A stretch of 64,000 nt of DNA from Antedon mediterranea. Taxonomy: Eukaryota; Animalia; Echinodermata. The notes below the pieces were generated by a model, which saw only the letters and a list, made by a program, of their open reading frames with translations, did no database searches and was not told the DNA's origin. Made by a program: the position numbers and the translations under genes. Positions 27,401-40,435 of the stretch are shown in pieces (position 1 is the first letter of the stretch; each line of letters starts with the position of its first letter). Location: positions 3,901,812 through 3,965,811 of the forward strand of contig NC_092675.1 in assembly GCF_964355755.1 (NCBI RefSeq), read 5' to 3'.

Positions 27401-28157
27401 TTAACATAATATTCATGTAAAATCTTGCTTAAAATCACAGTGGTGCATTTAGTAGTCATTGAAAGATTATGATAAAACTAAAACATCAATTTGCCAATCC
27501 TACCGTAAAAAGTGATTTACTTCTTCCAAAAATAACTTTTTGGTGCAAATATTCTATGTAGCAGTGGTACATATTAAATACCGCCCTCAACATTAACCAA
27601 CCAATATTATATTGATATTGACCATATCATTAAAGAGGAACCATAACAGTATACCACTGATAAATGTAATTCCTTATTTAGACCAGAGAGGTGTAATAAG
27701 CTAGCTAAGGCTAGAGGGCATACTCCAGACTGAAAAGTGATTCCATCAGGAGGGGGAACCAACAAGATGGCGGCCGTAAATCTGTTCAAAAATATTATTT
27801 AGTCTATAGAATAATAATCTAATATAATAAATTCAGACCAAATAAATCATTGATATAGACTGAAATGAATGGGGATAATTACGTCTGATTCCTTGAAGAA
27901 ACTGTAACAAAACAAACAAATGCATTAAAAGAAAATATTATTGAATAAAGTCTCAGAAAATGGAGAAAAAAAACCAGAAAAAAACAAATAAACAAATCAC
28001 TAAAGCAATATATCATGTAGGCCAATATGCCATCAAATCCCTACAAAGTTGTTGTAAAATCATTGGCATTAAAGTTGCTGATATATAACATTGATAATAT
28101 AACATTGATAATATAAAGTCAAAATACAATAATATCTCAACAATTTCCTATTTTCAA

Positions 28158-28345
28158 AGGCCAACTCAGACAGCATTGCACGACAAGACCCGACGAAACG
28201 TCTTGACCCGTCGGTGCTGTCTGAGTTGAAGCCTGACGAGACGAGTTGTCTTGAGATAGCGACATGTGTAGTTTTTAGGTCGTCGGGAGAACATTAAACA
28301 TGTTTAACTTTCTCCCGACAAGACGACTCGTACGACTCTGTCTTA
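28158..28345. mobile_element. Palindromic non-autonomous DNA transposon remnant (Harbinger-like)
   Basis: 14-bp IR CAACTCAGACAGCA (28162-28175)/TGCTGTCTGAGTTG (28215-28228). A second hairpin GTCGGGAGAA..TTAAACATGTTTAA..TTCTCCCGAC lies at 28282-28319, with many GACGA/CGAC motifs. Confidence 0.6.
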
Positions 28346-28355
28346 GTTTAAAATA

Positions 28356-28440
28356 CAGTGAAACCCCTTTAAGGAAACACCGTTGGAACCCCAAATAAGA
28401 GGGTTCCTAGTGTGTCCTAAAGAAAGGAGAATTTCTACTG
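28356..28440. mobile_element. Short pogo/Tigger-like (Tc1/mariner) MITE
   Basis: TA|CAGTGAAACCCCT ... AGGAGAATTTCTACTG|TA, giving CAGT...ACTG ends with TA flanks. Confidence 0.6.
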
Positions 28441-29253
28441 TACACCACAATAGCATAGTAGCAAAATATCACCCTGACAAAATAGAAAACTTCTACTGCT
28501 ACTTTATATAAAAATCAGATAACAGATTATACTTTCAGCCAAATTTATTATCTAAATATAGGTCTACTATTTTGAAAATGTTAAGATATATCATTTAAAG
28601 TATTGTACATATTACATATAAATGATTTTGGAATGGAGTCACTCTGTAAAGTTAGAAAGATTTAAGAGAATCACATTTTATAGATGCCATATTATTATTT
28701 AGTAGACCAGTATAATTATATTACAAATCATAAAGAAAGCGTGTTGAATTTGTAATTAAAAGATCTAAATTGTCAAATTTATCTTTCATTCTGTCATTTA
28801 CATATAATTCAATTGATACCCATTTTATTCTATATAATATGAAATACTAGGTAGAATTTAAAAAGTGGCATCCCTATATGGAAAGTAGGCCACCAAACAG
28901 GAAGCTGACTTTCTACTAATCCCCTCATTTCATTGGTTTAAAGTTAGACACAAGTTGGTTCCATTTTTGGTTTAGGGATATTCTGTTTCAACAATAAAAA
29001 TAACCTAATCTGGCTAAATGAAATTAAACAGCTGTTTACAATATGTATGTATATAAGTTTGATCATTGTTATTTTTCATATAGAATTGTTTTTCATGTTA
29101 CTATTGTAATCATTTTATTATCACGTCCCACTTTTGAAATTGAAAGTAAACTAACAATACTTTTTTTTTTTTGTTAGCTGATTACCTGACAACATAGAAA
29201 GTAGAGATAACATATTTTGGGTATTATAATTACTATAAATAAAAGTATGTGTG

Positions 29254-29685
29254 TATGTGTGACCATATATGACCTTATGTATGACCCAAAGTATAACCAC
29301 ACAAATTACCATATATGTGTGACCATATATGACCTTATGTATGACCCTAAGTATAACCACACAAATTACCATATATGTGTGATCATATATGACCTTATGT
29401 ATGACCCTAAGTATAACCACACAAATTACCATATATGTGTGACCATATATGACCTTATGTATGACCCTAAGTATAACCACACAAATTACCATTTATGTGT
29501 GACCATATATGACCTTATGTATGACCCTAAGTATAACCACACAAATTACCATATATGTGTGACCATATATGACCTTATGTATGACCCTAAGTATAACCAC
29601 ACAAATTACCATATACTGTATATGTGACCATACTTATGATTGTATATGACCAGAAGTATTACCACAAAAATTACCATATATGACC
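29254..29685. repeat. Minisatellite, 60-bp unit x6 plus one degenerate unit
   Basis: ATATATGTGTGACCATATATGACCTTATGTATGACCCTAAGTATAACCACACAAATTACC with few substitutions. The unit is built from ATGACC subrepeats. Confidence 0.97.
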
Positions 29686-30849
29686 AGAGTGACTGTTCTA
29701 TTCATTGATATCAATGAGCAACATCAACCCTACTCTACATAAATAGGATTTGATACAAATTGGTTTTATCTCGATTCAATCATTATTGTACTTGTGATCA
29801 TCATTAACAACAAAGGCACTGTGGTAATTAAGATATTTCCTTTCGATAGTTAATATTTATACAAAGATCAATATTTCTTTTCTTCTTCATCAACATTTAT
29901 TTGTTCCACCTGCAGCATACCACTCCAGGGAGTCTTTGTTGAATATGTAACACCGCAAAGATAGTTTTCTTTGGCCGAATTTTGTCATAATACATTTAGG
30001 AAGACGTTTAATTCGAACAAATGTTATTCAGTATAAAACGTAAATAACCACTTTAGCTTTTGTAACTATATTACTATATTTGGATAAATGGTTCCATAAC
30101 ACCCACACCATAGTTTCCTTTTGTCCACATTTCTTCATAACCAATTTTGGGAGATGTTTAATGAAATTGGATCGGTGTGTAATGGTGAAAAGCAACACTT
30201 AAAGTCTCTTGCCTATTTGGTCAAACTTGCAGATGTGACGGTATTCAGATAATTAGCAATGTTCGTTACTTATTTTGATGAATGACCATTAGAACATGAT
30301 ACATTGTAGCAACTGTCAGTCATATGTAATTTAGAATGTTATGGAAAAAGCAGCTGAGTGCTCCCTACACTAATCATAATGTGATTGGTTCAAATTTCAC
30401 TAAGTGGTCTAATTTGATAGGATGTACCTACGTTTTCACTATAAAATTATAATAATATGTATACAATAGTAAGTTTTAAATATAAATATTCATACAATTT
30501 AATATTATTTTCTACAATAATGAGTAACATGTGTTACAAGTATTAAATAATATTGTGATTTCGGTAAAATATTCAGAGCAATTAAGAGTGAGAACAAATC
30601 TTATAATGCTGTGTGTACTTGGACTAACTGTTAGCTTGATTTTGTAAACATAGCCTAAATTACGTTATGGTTTATAAGAAAAGTGTCAGTTATAGGGTCA
30701 GAATTTTACCCCATACCACTTTATTTAGTAAGCAAGGATGTTGACCAGCAAACTAGTTATTATGACTATGATCAACATCAAATTACAACAAAATTCTATA
30801 TAAAACTTAGATACAAAACATTGGTTGACTGAAAAAAAAAATTACTTAC

Positions 30850-30916
30850 CGAACTGTTCTGAAAGTGCCAATTTCATGCTTTTGTAAGCTTGTAATTATA
30901 GCACACATGTATATAT
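30850..30916 (-). other. Candidate short exon (minus strand)
   Basis: Acceptor TTGTATTTTCACAG and donor CG|GTAAGT. One open frame (IYMCAIITSLQKHEIGTFRTV) with no recognisable homology. Confidence 0.3.
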
Positions 30917-32183
30917 CTGTGAAAATACAAGTGAACCAGTTAGAGTTCTCACGTTGAGTAGCACAGTAGTTGTTTGTTGTTTTAACATCTGGTTAATTGT
31001 TTTTGATATTTCATAATATATCTATTCTTATTAAAAATTTGTATAATATATCATGTTATTATTGCTGTTATTATGTTATTATCTGCAAATGACATGGTAC
31101 CATAGGCAGCGTGGGTCTGCAGAGGAGCTACTCCAAGTTACCGTTGAATGAGGATTATTAAATATTAATTTACTTAATAAGTACATTGTGTATAATAATA
31201 AACTTTATTTGAAAACGGAAAACTTGATCACTTAATATAGTATTTTTAACTAGACTCAGGTTCAGTATACAAAACTAAAAAAAAAACAATAAACAATTAA
31301 AAGAAGTAAACAGAACGTAACTAAGACAATGTAAAAGTTGAAAGGTGTTTAAAAATGCAAACAAAACTTACATTAATAATATGAGAAACATTAAATTATT
31401 GGCTTATTAATATGATTTGTTTTTAAAATTCATGTATGTATGCTTAACTGCCCTAACCAGGGAGAATTTCTTTTATTGATTTTTAATTCTGCTATGCAAA
31501 CACTTTTCTTTTATATATAAAGTAGGCAAAGTAAGTATCAAGACGGTGAAAAAAAAATTTTTTTTATCAGAGTATATCGTTATTTATTATTTTCATCAAA
31601 TATTAATATTTAACAGGTTTATCTAAACAGTTATCATAAATATTATTTGAAACAATATTTTCCTATGTTTCTTTGTCCTCAGTCAATTGATATATTTTAA
31701 GTATTGATTTCCATTATTGTAAACATTAATGTTCATTTATTTATGCTATAGAAAGTCATAACACAAATAACCTTGTTGCATTCAACTGTCCTATATTATA
31801 CCTACATCTATTAAAATATATGTAGTGGAATAACCTACGTCTCATAGCCTATTGGGATGAGTTACACATACATATAAGAGCAAGATGTCGCTATGATAAG
31901 AAATTACACTATGAGAAAGAGCATTTAGAAAACCAGGTCTGAATTACTGCATATTTAAGTTAAAAGTAAAAGAAATTCAAAAAGATAAAAATATGAATTG
32001 TATTATGACCAATGGAATTATCTGTCATTGACTCATCCTTCAGATGTATGGGATGACGTACTGTATGTGGTATGATCCAGATTGTTGGTGATAGGTGGAG
32101 TCCAATAGAAAATATTTTCTAGAATCCCCCCTCAGTTTTCCACATTTTAAAAGAGGATGGAGTGAACCAGAAGATTGTCTAAA

Positions 32184-32300
32184 AGCTCTGTCTACACTAT
32201 CAAACTTTAAGTGACAAAAAAAGGGTGATGTCATATCACTACCATATTTGGGAATATCACTACCATATTTGGGCTTTTTTTTTATAGCGTAGACAGAGCT
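32184..32300. mobile_element. MITE family A copy 6
   Basis: AGCTCTGTCTACACTATCAAAC ... ATAGCGTAGACAGAGCT|TAA, with an internal ATATCACTACCATATTTGGG dimer. Confidence 0.9.
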
Positions 32301-33054
32301 TAAAAGCATTTATTATGTTGAATCTATTCAATTGACCGTAAAGTACCAGTTGAAGTTGTAACTATATGTTAAAGATTGTTAGTGTTTTCGGATATAGATC
32401 TTCTAAATATAACACAAAAAGTATTTTTGTAACATTGCAAAAAGTATTACAATTTGTATTCTTGTTGAACTACAACACACATACATAGTTTGACTATCAT
32501 GCGAGGCAGATTGCATTGTGGGCTACATCACAATTTGAACTTCTACACATGAATTAATATTAACTTGTGGCGATGCAAATTTACTTTCTGATTAAGTCAT
32601 ATTAAATCTGTCATGTGTCCTATCTTAATGTACATATGAGTAAAAAAGTTATCCTAAAGCACAAATTTAGCGATGTAAATGGTTATCCATCCCCTAGTAA
32701 AAAATTATTAAGATTCTGAGGTGATATTGCCCTACAGCAAAATAAGGCTGAATTAAGAGGATTATCCTAAAGTGTTGTATAATGTGACAAGGATGAAAAA
32801 GGTGAAAAATACTACTACAAAAATCACAACATTAAAATTGTTATTTATATCACAAATTCACTTTAAAAAATGGAATAGAGAGTAAGCTAGGAATGGGTTT
32901 AGAAGAACTGGTAAAATCTTTAAGTGCCATATTGGCTTAACAGATTACACAGATTTCTTTAAACTAATCAAGGTGGAATGGGGCTGAGGCTGTGGGTATA
33001 ATGGACTGTTTAAAAACATAAGTAAGAAACTCTTATCATCAAACCTTTTAAGGG

Positions 33055-33670
33055 CCTTATATACACAATATTGAGTACTAAAATTAATTAAATTCAATAC
33101 ATTTATTTGATAAATAGCAATTATAAAATATAATGAAAAAATGTGATTGAGTTACTTTTCTTGACAAGCTTATCATCTCGGGTCACAAAAAATAAATAGG
33201 TTCACAATTCCAAGGGGTAAAAATCAATAAAGATTAAAATATATGTATCCATAAAAATACCACTATATAATCAATGTTTAGTTAGACAGCCTTTTCATGA
33301 CAGGTCACAAATTAAACAATAAACAAAATTATATGTACACAATATTAAGTGTTAAAAATCTATAACAATTTGAATAAATATATTTGAATAAATGGCGATT
33401 GTAAAATAATTAATACAATTTTATTTGACAGGGTTTCGTTCCTAGGTCACAACTTTTGCAATTAGGTGCACGTTTAAAGTGTTAAAAATCAATAATAATT
33501 TAAATAAATATAATTAAAAAAGCAACAAAACAATCAATTATCCATGTTTTATTTGGCAACCTTTTCATCATACAGTAGTTCCCAATGATCATAACAAATG
33601 GGTACACAATTAAGGGCTAAAAATTTAAATAAAAGTAATTAAAATAGCCATTCTAAAATAATCAATAAAA
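33055..33670. repeat. Old, highly diverged tandem repeat of about 125-145 bp, about 4-5 units
   Basis: GGTCACA at 33181, 33303 and 33446. (G/T)TACACAAT...TAAAAAT motifs recur about every 135 bp. Confidence 0.6.
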
Positions 33671-33761
33671 CTGGGTAATAGAGTTTTTATTAAGTAACAT
33701 GAATTTTAACAATCATGGTAATGAACAGGTATACAATTACAACTATTTCAATGAATTTGTT

Positions 33762-33870
33762 TAAAGATGTATTGTCCCCCAAAAACATGAAAAATGAAGA
33801 TTAATTAAATCAGAATTTAAATAGGTTATTTTGTAGTTTTAATAAAGTTAATCTCTTCTGTAAAATAAAA
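33762..33870. mobile_element. MITE family B terminal fragment
   Basis: TTAAAGATGTATTGTCCCCCAAAAACATGAAAAATGAAGATTAA...AGTTTTAATAAAGTTAATC is shared with 45820-45905 and with the reverse complement of the 13460 end. Confidence 0.7.
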
Positions 33871-34560
33871 GAAGAAAATAAAAGTTTTTTCATATAAAAT
33901 GAGCAATAATGGTAATGAACGTGTATAGAATGTAAAAATCCTCAACTATTTCAATGAATTTAATTTATTTTTATTTTTAATAAAAACAGTCATTAAAATG
34001 AATCAATGAAAAATTGTTTGAGAGCATTTTGATGACAGATTACAACTTTTTGAATAAACACGATGCCTACATGATCCTATGGATTAGGTGTTATTATTAA
34101 ATATATTTTATTAAGTTTAAACTGTAAATATTACATAGTGTACAGGCTAAGTAGGATTTAAAATTTAAATATACTTAACTTAGCCATTAAATTATCAGAA
34201 CAATTTTGTATTATAACTTTATGATATAATAATTTTTATATTGAAAATGTGTGTAGTTGGTCGCTTTCTTGTCGATGCTTTATTGTAGAACGTAATTTAT
34301 TTATTTTTCTCTGTTCTGGGTTGACCAACTAGCATAGGTGTTTGCACCTGTTTGGTCTTTCCGTGCCTCCTTTTATAATTGTTTTGTCTTCTTTGTTTAT
34401 GTATATGGCAGAAATTGAATAAATAAATAAATAAATAAATAATAATAATTTGTTTAACATTTCTGAAACCACCAACCGAAACCGATTTGTTGTAGAAATG
34501 GGGTTAAAAAGGCACACACCGCCCAAACTTACCCATCTAAACTAAACTATAAAAATACTA

Positions 34561-34698
34561 CATTCTATGATCACCGTACAGATAGGCTACTACATCAGTA
34601 CTTCTATGAATGGATGGCTAGTTGGTGACAAGAACGCTAGTTGGTCATACCCAGTACCGTTTTGATTTTACGATCATTCGGGAAACCACCTCACGACG
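34561..34698. repeat. Dispersed repeat C copy 1
   Basis: CATCAGTACTTCTATGAATGGATG...GAACGCTAGTTG.TCATACCCAGTACCGTTT...TCGGGAAACCACCTCACGACG, also found at 36607-36711. Confidence 0.9.
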
Positions 34699-36577
34699 AA
34701 AATACTCTGTTTGAAAATATTTTTAATTTAAACTTTTGTATTATTTTAATTTATAAAATTGTTTAATAATTATATAATTAATTTGTATCTATTTGCATAT
34801 AAACTATGTTCTTACAATTTGGTAGTTTAATTTGGCCTATTAATATGCATCCATTGAACTAAATACATTTAGTTAAATTTGTATACAGTATAAGTTAAGA
34901 TTAAAATTATTTATTTATTGAAAAAACCTTTCAATTTTTTCATTTCATTTAATTATTTGACATCATGTCCTGGGACCTTAAAAGCAACAGAGTCACCATA
35001 ACATTAAACTACATAAAATTAAAATAAATATACAGTTCAAATAAATTTTAAAATAAAATTTAAAAACAAGAAAAAGAGGAAAAAGAAAAAAAAGCACACA
35101 AGAGTTAAATCCCTTCTTCTGAGAAAGAAGAAGTATGTACAGTATAAATATAAAAAACACAAAGAGTAAAATTTTAAAAGACAAAATGTCTACAATACTA
35201 TCAACATCACTAACAAATAAAACAAGACTTCAGACTCTCACAAATTTAATGACCAACACAATTATAGTTATTCCTAAATTATGATTTTTTAATATTAATG
35301 TAGATTTAGATTATCAATTATAGCTTATATATTTGTTTATTTGTGCAACGTAGAAAAACAAATAGTTTTTAATCTATTTTGTTGAATGCCCTGTAGGATG
35401 GTCTACTAGCTTGCTCCAATTTGCACTGTACATATTTCATTTGGGATGCAGATAGCAGGAAATTAAAAAGAATGTTTGCGTCCAATACAGATGAGAAAAT
35501 TAAGCTTATTATGAAAGCGCAAGTGGGTACTCGACCTAGAATTACTGAACTTATTTGTCGGTAATTATTGTAAATTACAAAATGAATAAATAAGAAAATG
35601 GAAATCACTTGTATACGTTTGACATTGACCAGGTCATAGGTCAAAGTTCATCTCAAAGGCATAAGAACTGATTTACTTTCTTAATATACATAAAAAGAGA
35701 TTCTTAATATAGAGCAAAGTGATTCAAAAGAATGACGCAGTTCTTCAATGACATTTAAATGTTTATCGGGCAATGTTCTTGACTATTTACTAACTTTTAT
35801 GAGTTAGTTGATTCTCATGAACATCAATAACTAGAATAAAAACATTGTTTCTATGGAAAAAAGCTAAGAAACTTAAGTTTCCACGTGTTAGCTAGAAACC
35901 AATAAAATGGCACAAACTGTTTCTTGTCACATGTAGCCGAATTGATGAGTAGGGACATGCTTATGTGTATGTGTGAATAACGTACATGCCAAGGGGATAG
36001 AAATAAGTTAATACACATTAAAATCACTATGCAAATTGTTTGTTTTTCACATTACTTTTGAGATTTCAGAGTAAAAATTATAACATTATTTGATGTATTC
36101 GTTTAGCAGGTATTACATATATATTTATACTTCTGCCAGATTTTATATGTGAGCTTAAACAAAGTATACACTCAATTTTCAAGTCATGTATAAGATTTCA
36201 AATATAATAATAATAATAATGTTTTATTGTTTGTTTGTGATTTATGGTTTAAGAAAATGCATAAATCAAAAATATATAGAGTATAAGATTAAAAAATGGA
36301 AAAAAAACTACTTAAAACAATAATACTAAAAGTAGTAATGTATTTAATGTATTATTGAATATTTGACACTTTGTCCTTTTGTCATTATCACTAAAGAATT
36401 TTTTATGAGATTTAAACAAATTATGTCATATCATATAATTACAATTATAAATGGAATCCTTAATATTGTGAAGTTTAGCCTTTGGCTTTTCCAATTTCCA
36501 ATTTCATTCATCAGAACGTCTATGTTTTCATTTTATTTATTTAAAAAACTCTTATCACTATGCAAGGTCTCGGGTCC

Positions 36578-36711
36578 ATTCTATTGTCGCCACAGATTGA
36601 TATCTTCATCAGTACTTCTATGAATGGATGATTAGGTGGGAACACGAACGCTAGTTGATCATACCCAGTACCGTTTGATCATACGATTAATCGGGAAACC
36701 ACCTCACGACG
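36578..36711. repeat. Dispersed repeat C copy 2
   Basis: Same orientation as 34561-34698, diverged by scattered substitutions. Confidence 0.9.
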
Positions 36712-37391
36712 TTTTTATAGATAAATTTTTAAAAAAACACTATAGAAACAGAATTCTGAGATGAGAGATGCTACAGTTCATTGGAAGTGCAATTAAAACC
36801 TTGTTAAACCTTAATAATCACTAATTAATTATTCATGTCGCAATAACTTTTTCTCGGTCTTCTCTTCTTACATATTAGTGTCACGTTACAACGTATTGAT
36901 ACCACAACATTATTATCAAAATTACATAAACGTATAAATTGATCTAGACAAAAACTTTCACAGTTAAAATTTCCATTTGAAGAAGTAGGTTAACAAGCGA
37001 CGGCGCCACCAATTACCACGGACACATGATCGAGTGACTGGTTTCAAATAATTTGTTGATCGTTATCAATGGTCAATTTGCATGTGAATGAGACTAGCCA
37101 TAACAATTACAGCAGTTCTTTTATCTGGCTTTGACTTGCGCTCTGTAATTTCAGACTCAAATTGCGAAAGGTTTTAAAGCGATTTTAAAGTCACGGCTCC
37201 TAATCCTCCCCGACACGTAACAATTGCATTTCATTTTTGAATTGATATTCAAAACTGTATCGACTTATATTTTACTCTTATGATGAACTTTGAAAAATAA
37301 TTTTGTAAAGGTCATGTGTGTCTATAATATTTTTATAATAATAATATCAATAATTAAGCACTGCAGTAATTAAGCACATCAGTCAAGAAGA

Positions 37392-37962
37392 GCCGCAGTT
37401 GATACGAGCTGCAGTTGATACCAGCTGCAGTTGATATGACCTGCAGTTGATACAAGCTACAGTTGATATGACCTGTAGTTGATACGACCTCCAGTTGATA
37501 CGACCTGCAGTTGATACGACCTGCAGTTGATACGACCTGCAGTTGATACGACCTGCAGTTGATACGACCTGCAGTTAATACGACCTGCAGTTAATACGAC
37601 CTGCAGTTGATATGACCTGCAGTTGATACAAGCTACAGTTGATATGACCTGTAGTTGTTACGACCTCCAGTTGATACGACTTGCAGTTGATAGGACCTGC
37701 AGTTAATACGACCTGCAATTGATACCAGTTGCAATTGATACGACCTGCAATTGATACCAGTTGCAATTGATATGACCTGCAGTTGATACGAGCTGCAGTT
37801 GATACAAGCTGCAGTTGATACGAGCTGCAGTTGATACAACCTGCAGTTGATATGAGCTGCAGTTGATACAAGTTGAAGTTGATACTAGCTGCAGTTGATA
37901 CGAGCTGCAGTTGATATGACCTGCAGTTGATACAAGTCTCAATTGATACTAGCTACAGTTGA
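37392..37962. repeat. Minisatellite, 16-bp unit TGCAGTTGATACGACC x about 35
   Basis: Period 16 (CGACC at 37501, 37517, ...), with variants ...ATGACC, ...ACAAGC and ...ACGAGC. Confidence 0.97.
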
Positions 37963-38174
37963 ATATTTAACCATTAGGCTCTATACATATCATGGTGTCA
38001 ATACTAACAGAAAAAACAGATGAAAAAAAGGAAAAATTTGTTTGTTAGTATATTACTTTAAAAAAGGTTTTTGATTGCCTTTCACTTGATAGTAACTAGG
38101 AAAAGGTATATATTTGAGCAGAAGGATATAAAAACCACTTGCACTATTAATAAATAAATTATATATATATAATA

Positions 38175-38540
38175 CTACTCAATACTGCTCTATGATTGGT
38201 GAATATTTTGTGACAAAACAGATAAGTACTGTTTTAATTTGTGGACTGCATGGTTTGATTGACATGTGGGAGGAGCTTTATGGGATGTGCAAAGAACACA
38301 TGCACTTTTATTAAGTTTAATTCTATGAACTTTTAACTTAATTATACTCTATACTGAATACTTTGTAACAAAAACAGATAAATATTACATTATGATTGGT
38401 GGATTGCATAATTTGATTGACATGTGGGTGGAGCTTTAAACTCAAGGATGTGCCAAGTGCCAAGTACAAATGCACTTTTGTTAAGTTAATTCTATATTCT
38501 GTATTAATACTCAATAAATGTATTTCTGTGATTGGTCAAC
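38175..38540. repeat. Diverged tandem duplication of about 160 bp (about 2.3 units)
   Basis: TTTGATTGACATGTGGG.GGAGCTTTA at 38253 and 38413. ATGCACTTTT.TTAAGTT and AAAACAGATAA are also repeated. Confidence 0.8.
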
Positions 38541-39861
38541 TGAAACCCCTTCGGGACAACAGCATGTACTTTATGCAGCATCAGGTTGTTTATACTTTTC
38601 TCAACGACAAACTAAGTGTTATAATAAATCAAATTAATAATATTAAACATAATATTCTTATGTCCATCTACCCCTGGCTATTTCAATTACTTTAAACCTT
38701 TTTATATAAAGATTTACAAAGTACATACATTTTTTTAGTAAATAGTTCATTCAGTTACAACTACTTTTAAGTGCTGTACTTGGTAATGACTCGGGCATTG
38801 TACGTATTGAGGGATGAAGGAATGGGATTGCTATTTAAAAAAAGGAGATAACAACATACACTTAATATCACATCACCCTAAACCCTGACATAAAAATATC
38901 ACTAAATTTGAAGTAGTGTTTGTGAAGTGTTTTTATTACACCGAAAAAAAGTTGTTTTAATTAATTTTAAAAGAATCAAGACAATAAATTGGGATTTCCC
39001 CTTCCAATTTAAATAAACTTTCAATGGTGGTAAACCTTCTCTAAAGACACTACAAGCCTTCCATAGTTTAAAGTAATAATTGAATCCATAAATTAACGTT
39101 GAGTAGTAGAACTAAAATGTTAGCTCAGTTTGGATGTTCTTATATGTTCTTATTATTTACTTCTAAATCTCATCTCTTTTAGAATGTAATTTCACAATTG
39201 TAGCAAATTATTGAAACATCGCAAAGTAGGTCAGTGATTTAATGTATATTGTCACTCTAAACTTACAAAAATACCAAAGTAATTTGATCAAAATTTTCAT
39301 ACATTTATAAATTTGACAAATTATATGTTTCCATAACAACAATAGCTTGCAAATAACTGACAAAAGCGAAATGAGTATTCTTTTCACTGAACTGTGAAAA
39401 ACATCTAGTAAAAAATTATAAAAATAAACAGTATGTATTACTCTTGATATATTTCCTCATTTCACTCACACAAAAACGTGACAAAATCACAAAAAAAACT
39501 TAATTTAATTTGAATTTGTGAAAATCTTGGTTAATATTCGGGAATTAACTAGCAGTAAATGTGAGTTTATTTAAAATAAAAGCATTAATTGTGTTATAAG
39601 CTACTTTCTCTTGTGCCAATAAAAACAAGCAAGCAGGTCACTATTCACATTTTGCCATAAGCGAATAAATCAAAACAGAATTTTGGACTGCGCCATTTTT
39701 TATCCAACAGACAATATTTCATATCAAAGATTATGTATGTAATTTATATGTAAAATGATTTCACACAACCCAGTTCATTACATTCCAGCTTAATTTTGAG
39801 ATGCTAAACCTCTTCATAGGATTAATTTTTGTGGCTCTTTTGGCATTTTTACCGAGATTAA

Positions 39862-39992
39862 AGCCTACACTATCAAACTAGACAAAAAAAGTGTGATGTG
39901 TCCAAATATGGTAGTGATATGCCCAAATATGGTGGTGATATGACATCATCATTTCCATATAATGGGCACATCATATAAAGTTTGATAGAGCT
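39862..39992. mobile_element. MITE family A copy 7 (deletions inside both TIRs)
   Basis: TAA|AGCCTACACTATCAAACT ... AGTTTGATAGAGCT|TAA, with an internal CCAAATATGGTAGTGATAT dimer. Confidence 0.85.
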
Positions 39993-40036
39993 TAAAATAG
40001 CCATCAACTCTCAGGTATTTACTTTGTAAAGTACCG

Positions 40037-40435
40037 AAAAAGATAACAAAATGGTCTAAAAAGATAACAAAATGGTCTAAAACGATAACAAAATGGTCTA
40101 AAACGATACCAAATTGGTCTAAAAAGATAACAAAATGGTCTAAAAAGATAACAAAATGGTCTAAAACAATAACAAAATTGTCTAAAAAGATACCAAATTG
40201 GTCTAAAACGATAACAAAATGGTCTAAAACAATAACAAATTGGTCTAAAACGATACCAAATTGGTCTAAAAAAATTACAAAATGGTCTAAAAAGATATCA
40301 AATTGGTCTAAAACGATAACAAAATGGTCTGAAAAGATACCAAATTGGTCTAAAACGATAACAAAATGGTCTAAAATGATAACAAAATGGCCTAAAAAGA
40401 TACCAAATTGGTCTAAAACGATAACAAAATGGTCT
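40037..40435. repeat. Minisatellite, 21-bp unit AAAA(A/C)GATAACAAAATGGTCT x19
   Basis: Period 21, with two variant types ATAACAAAATGG and ATACCAAATTGG. Confidence 0.97.

Noticed and set aside
28189-28250. Type II hammerhead (CGAAACGTC ... CTGACGAG)
   Set aside because: Stems I and II do not pair. The motifs arise from local GACGA repeats.
29151-29627. ORFs with 20-aa repeats on both strands
   Set aside because: A by-product of the 60-bp minisatellite.
37575-37942. Three overlapping minus-strand ORFs
   Set aside because: A by-product of the 16-bp array.
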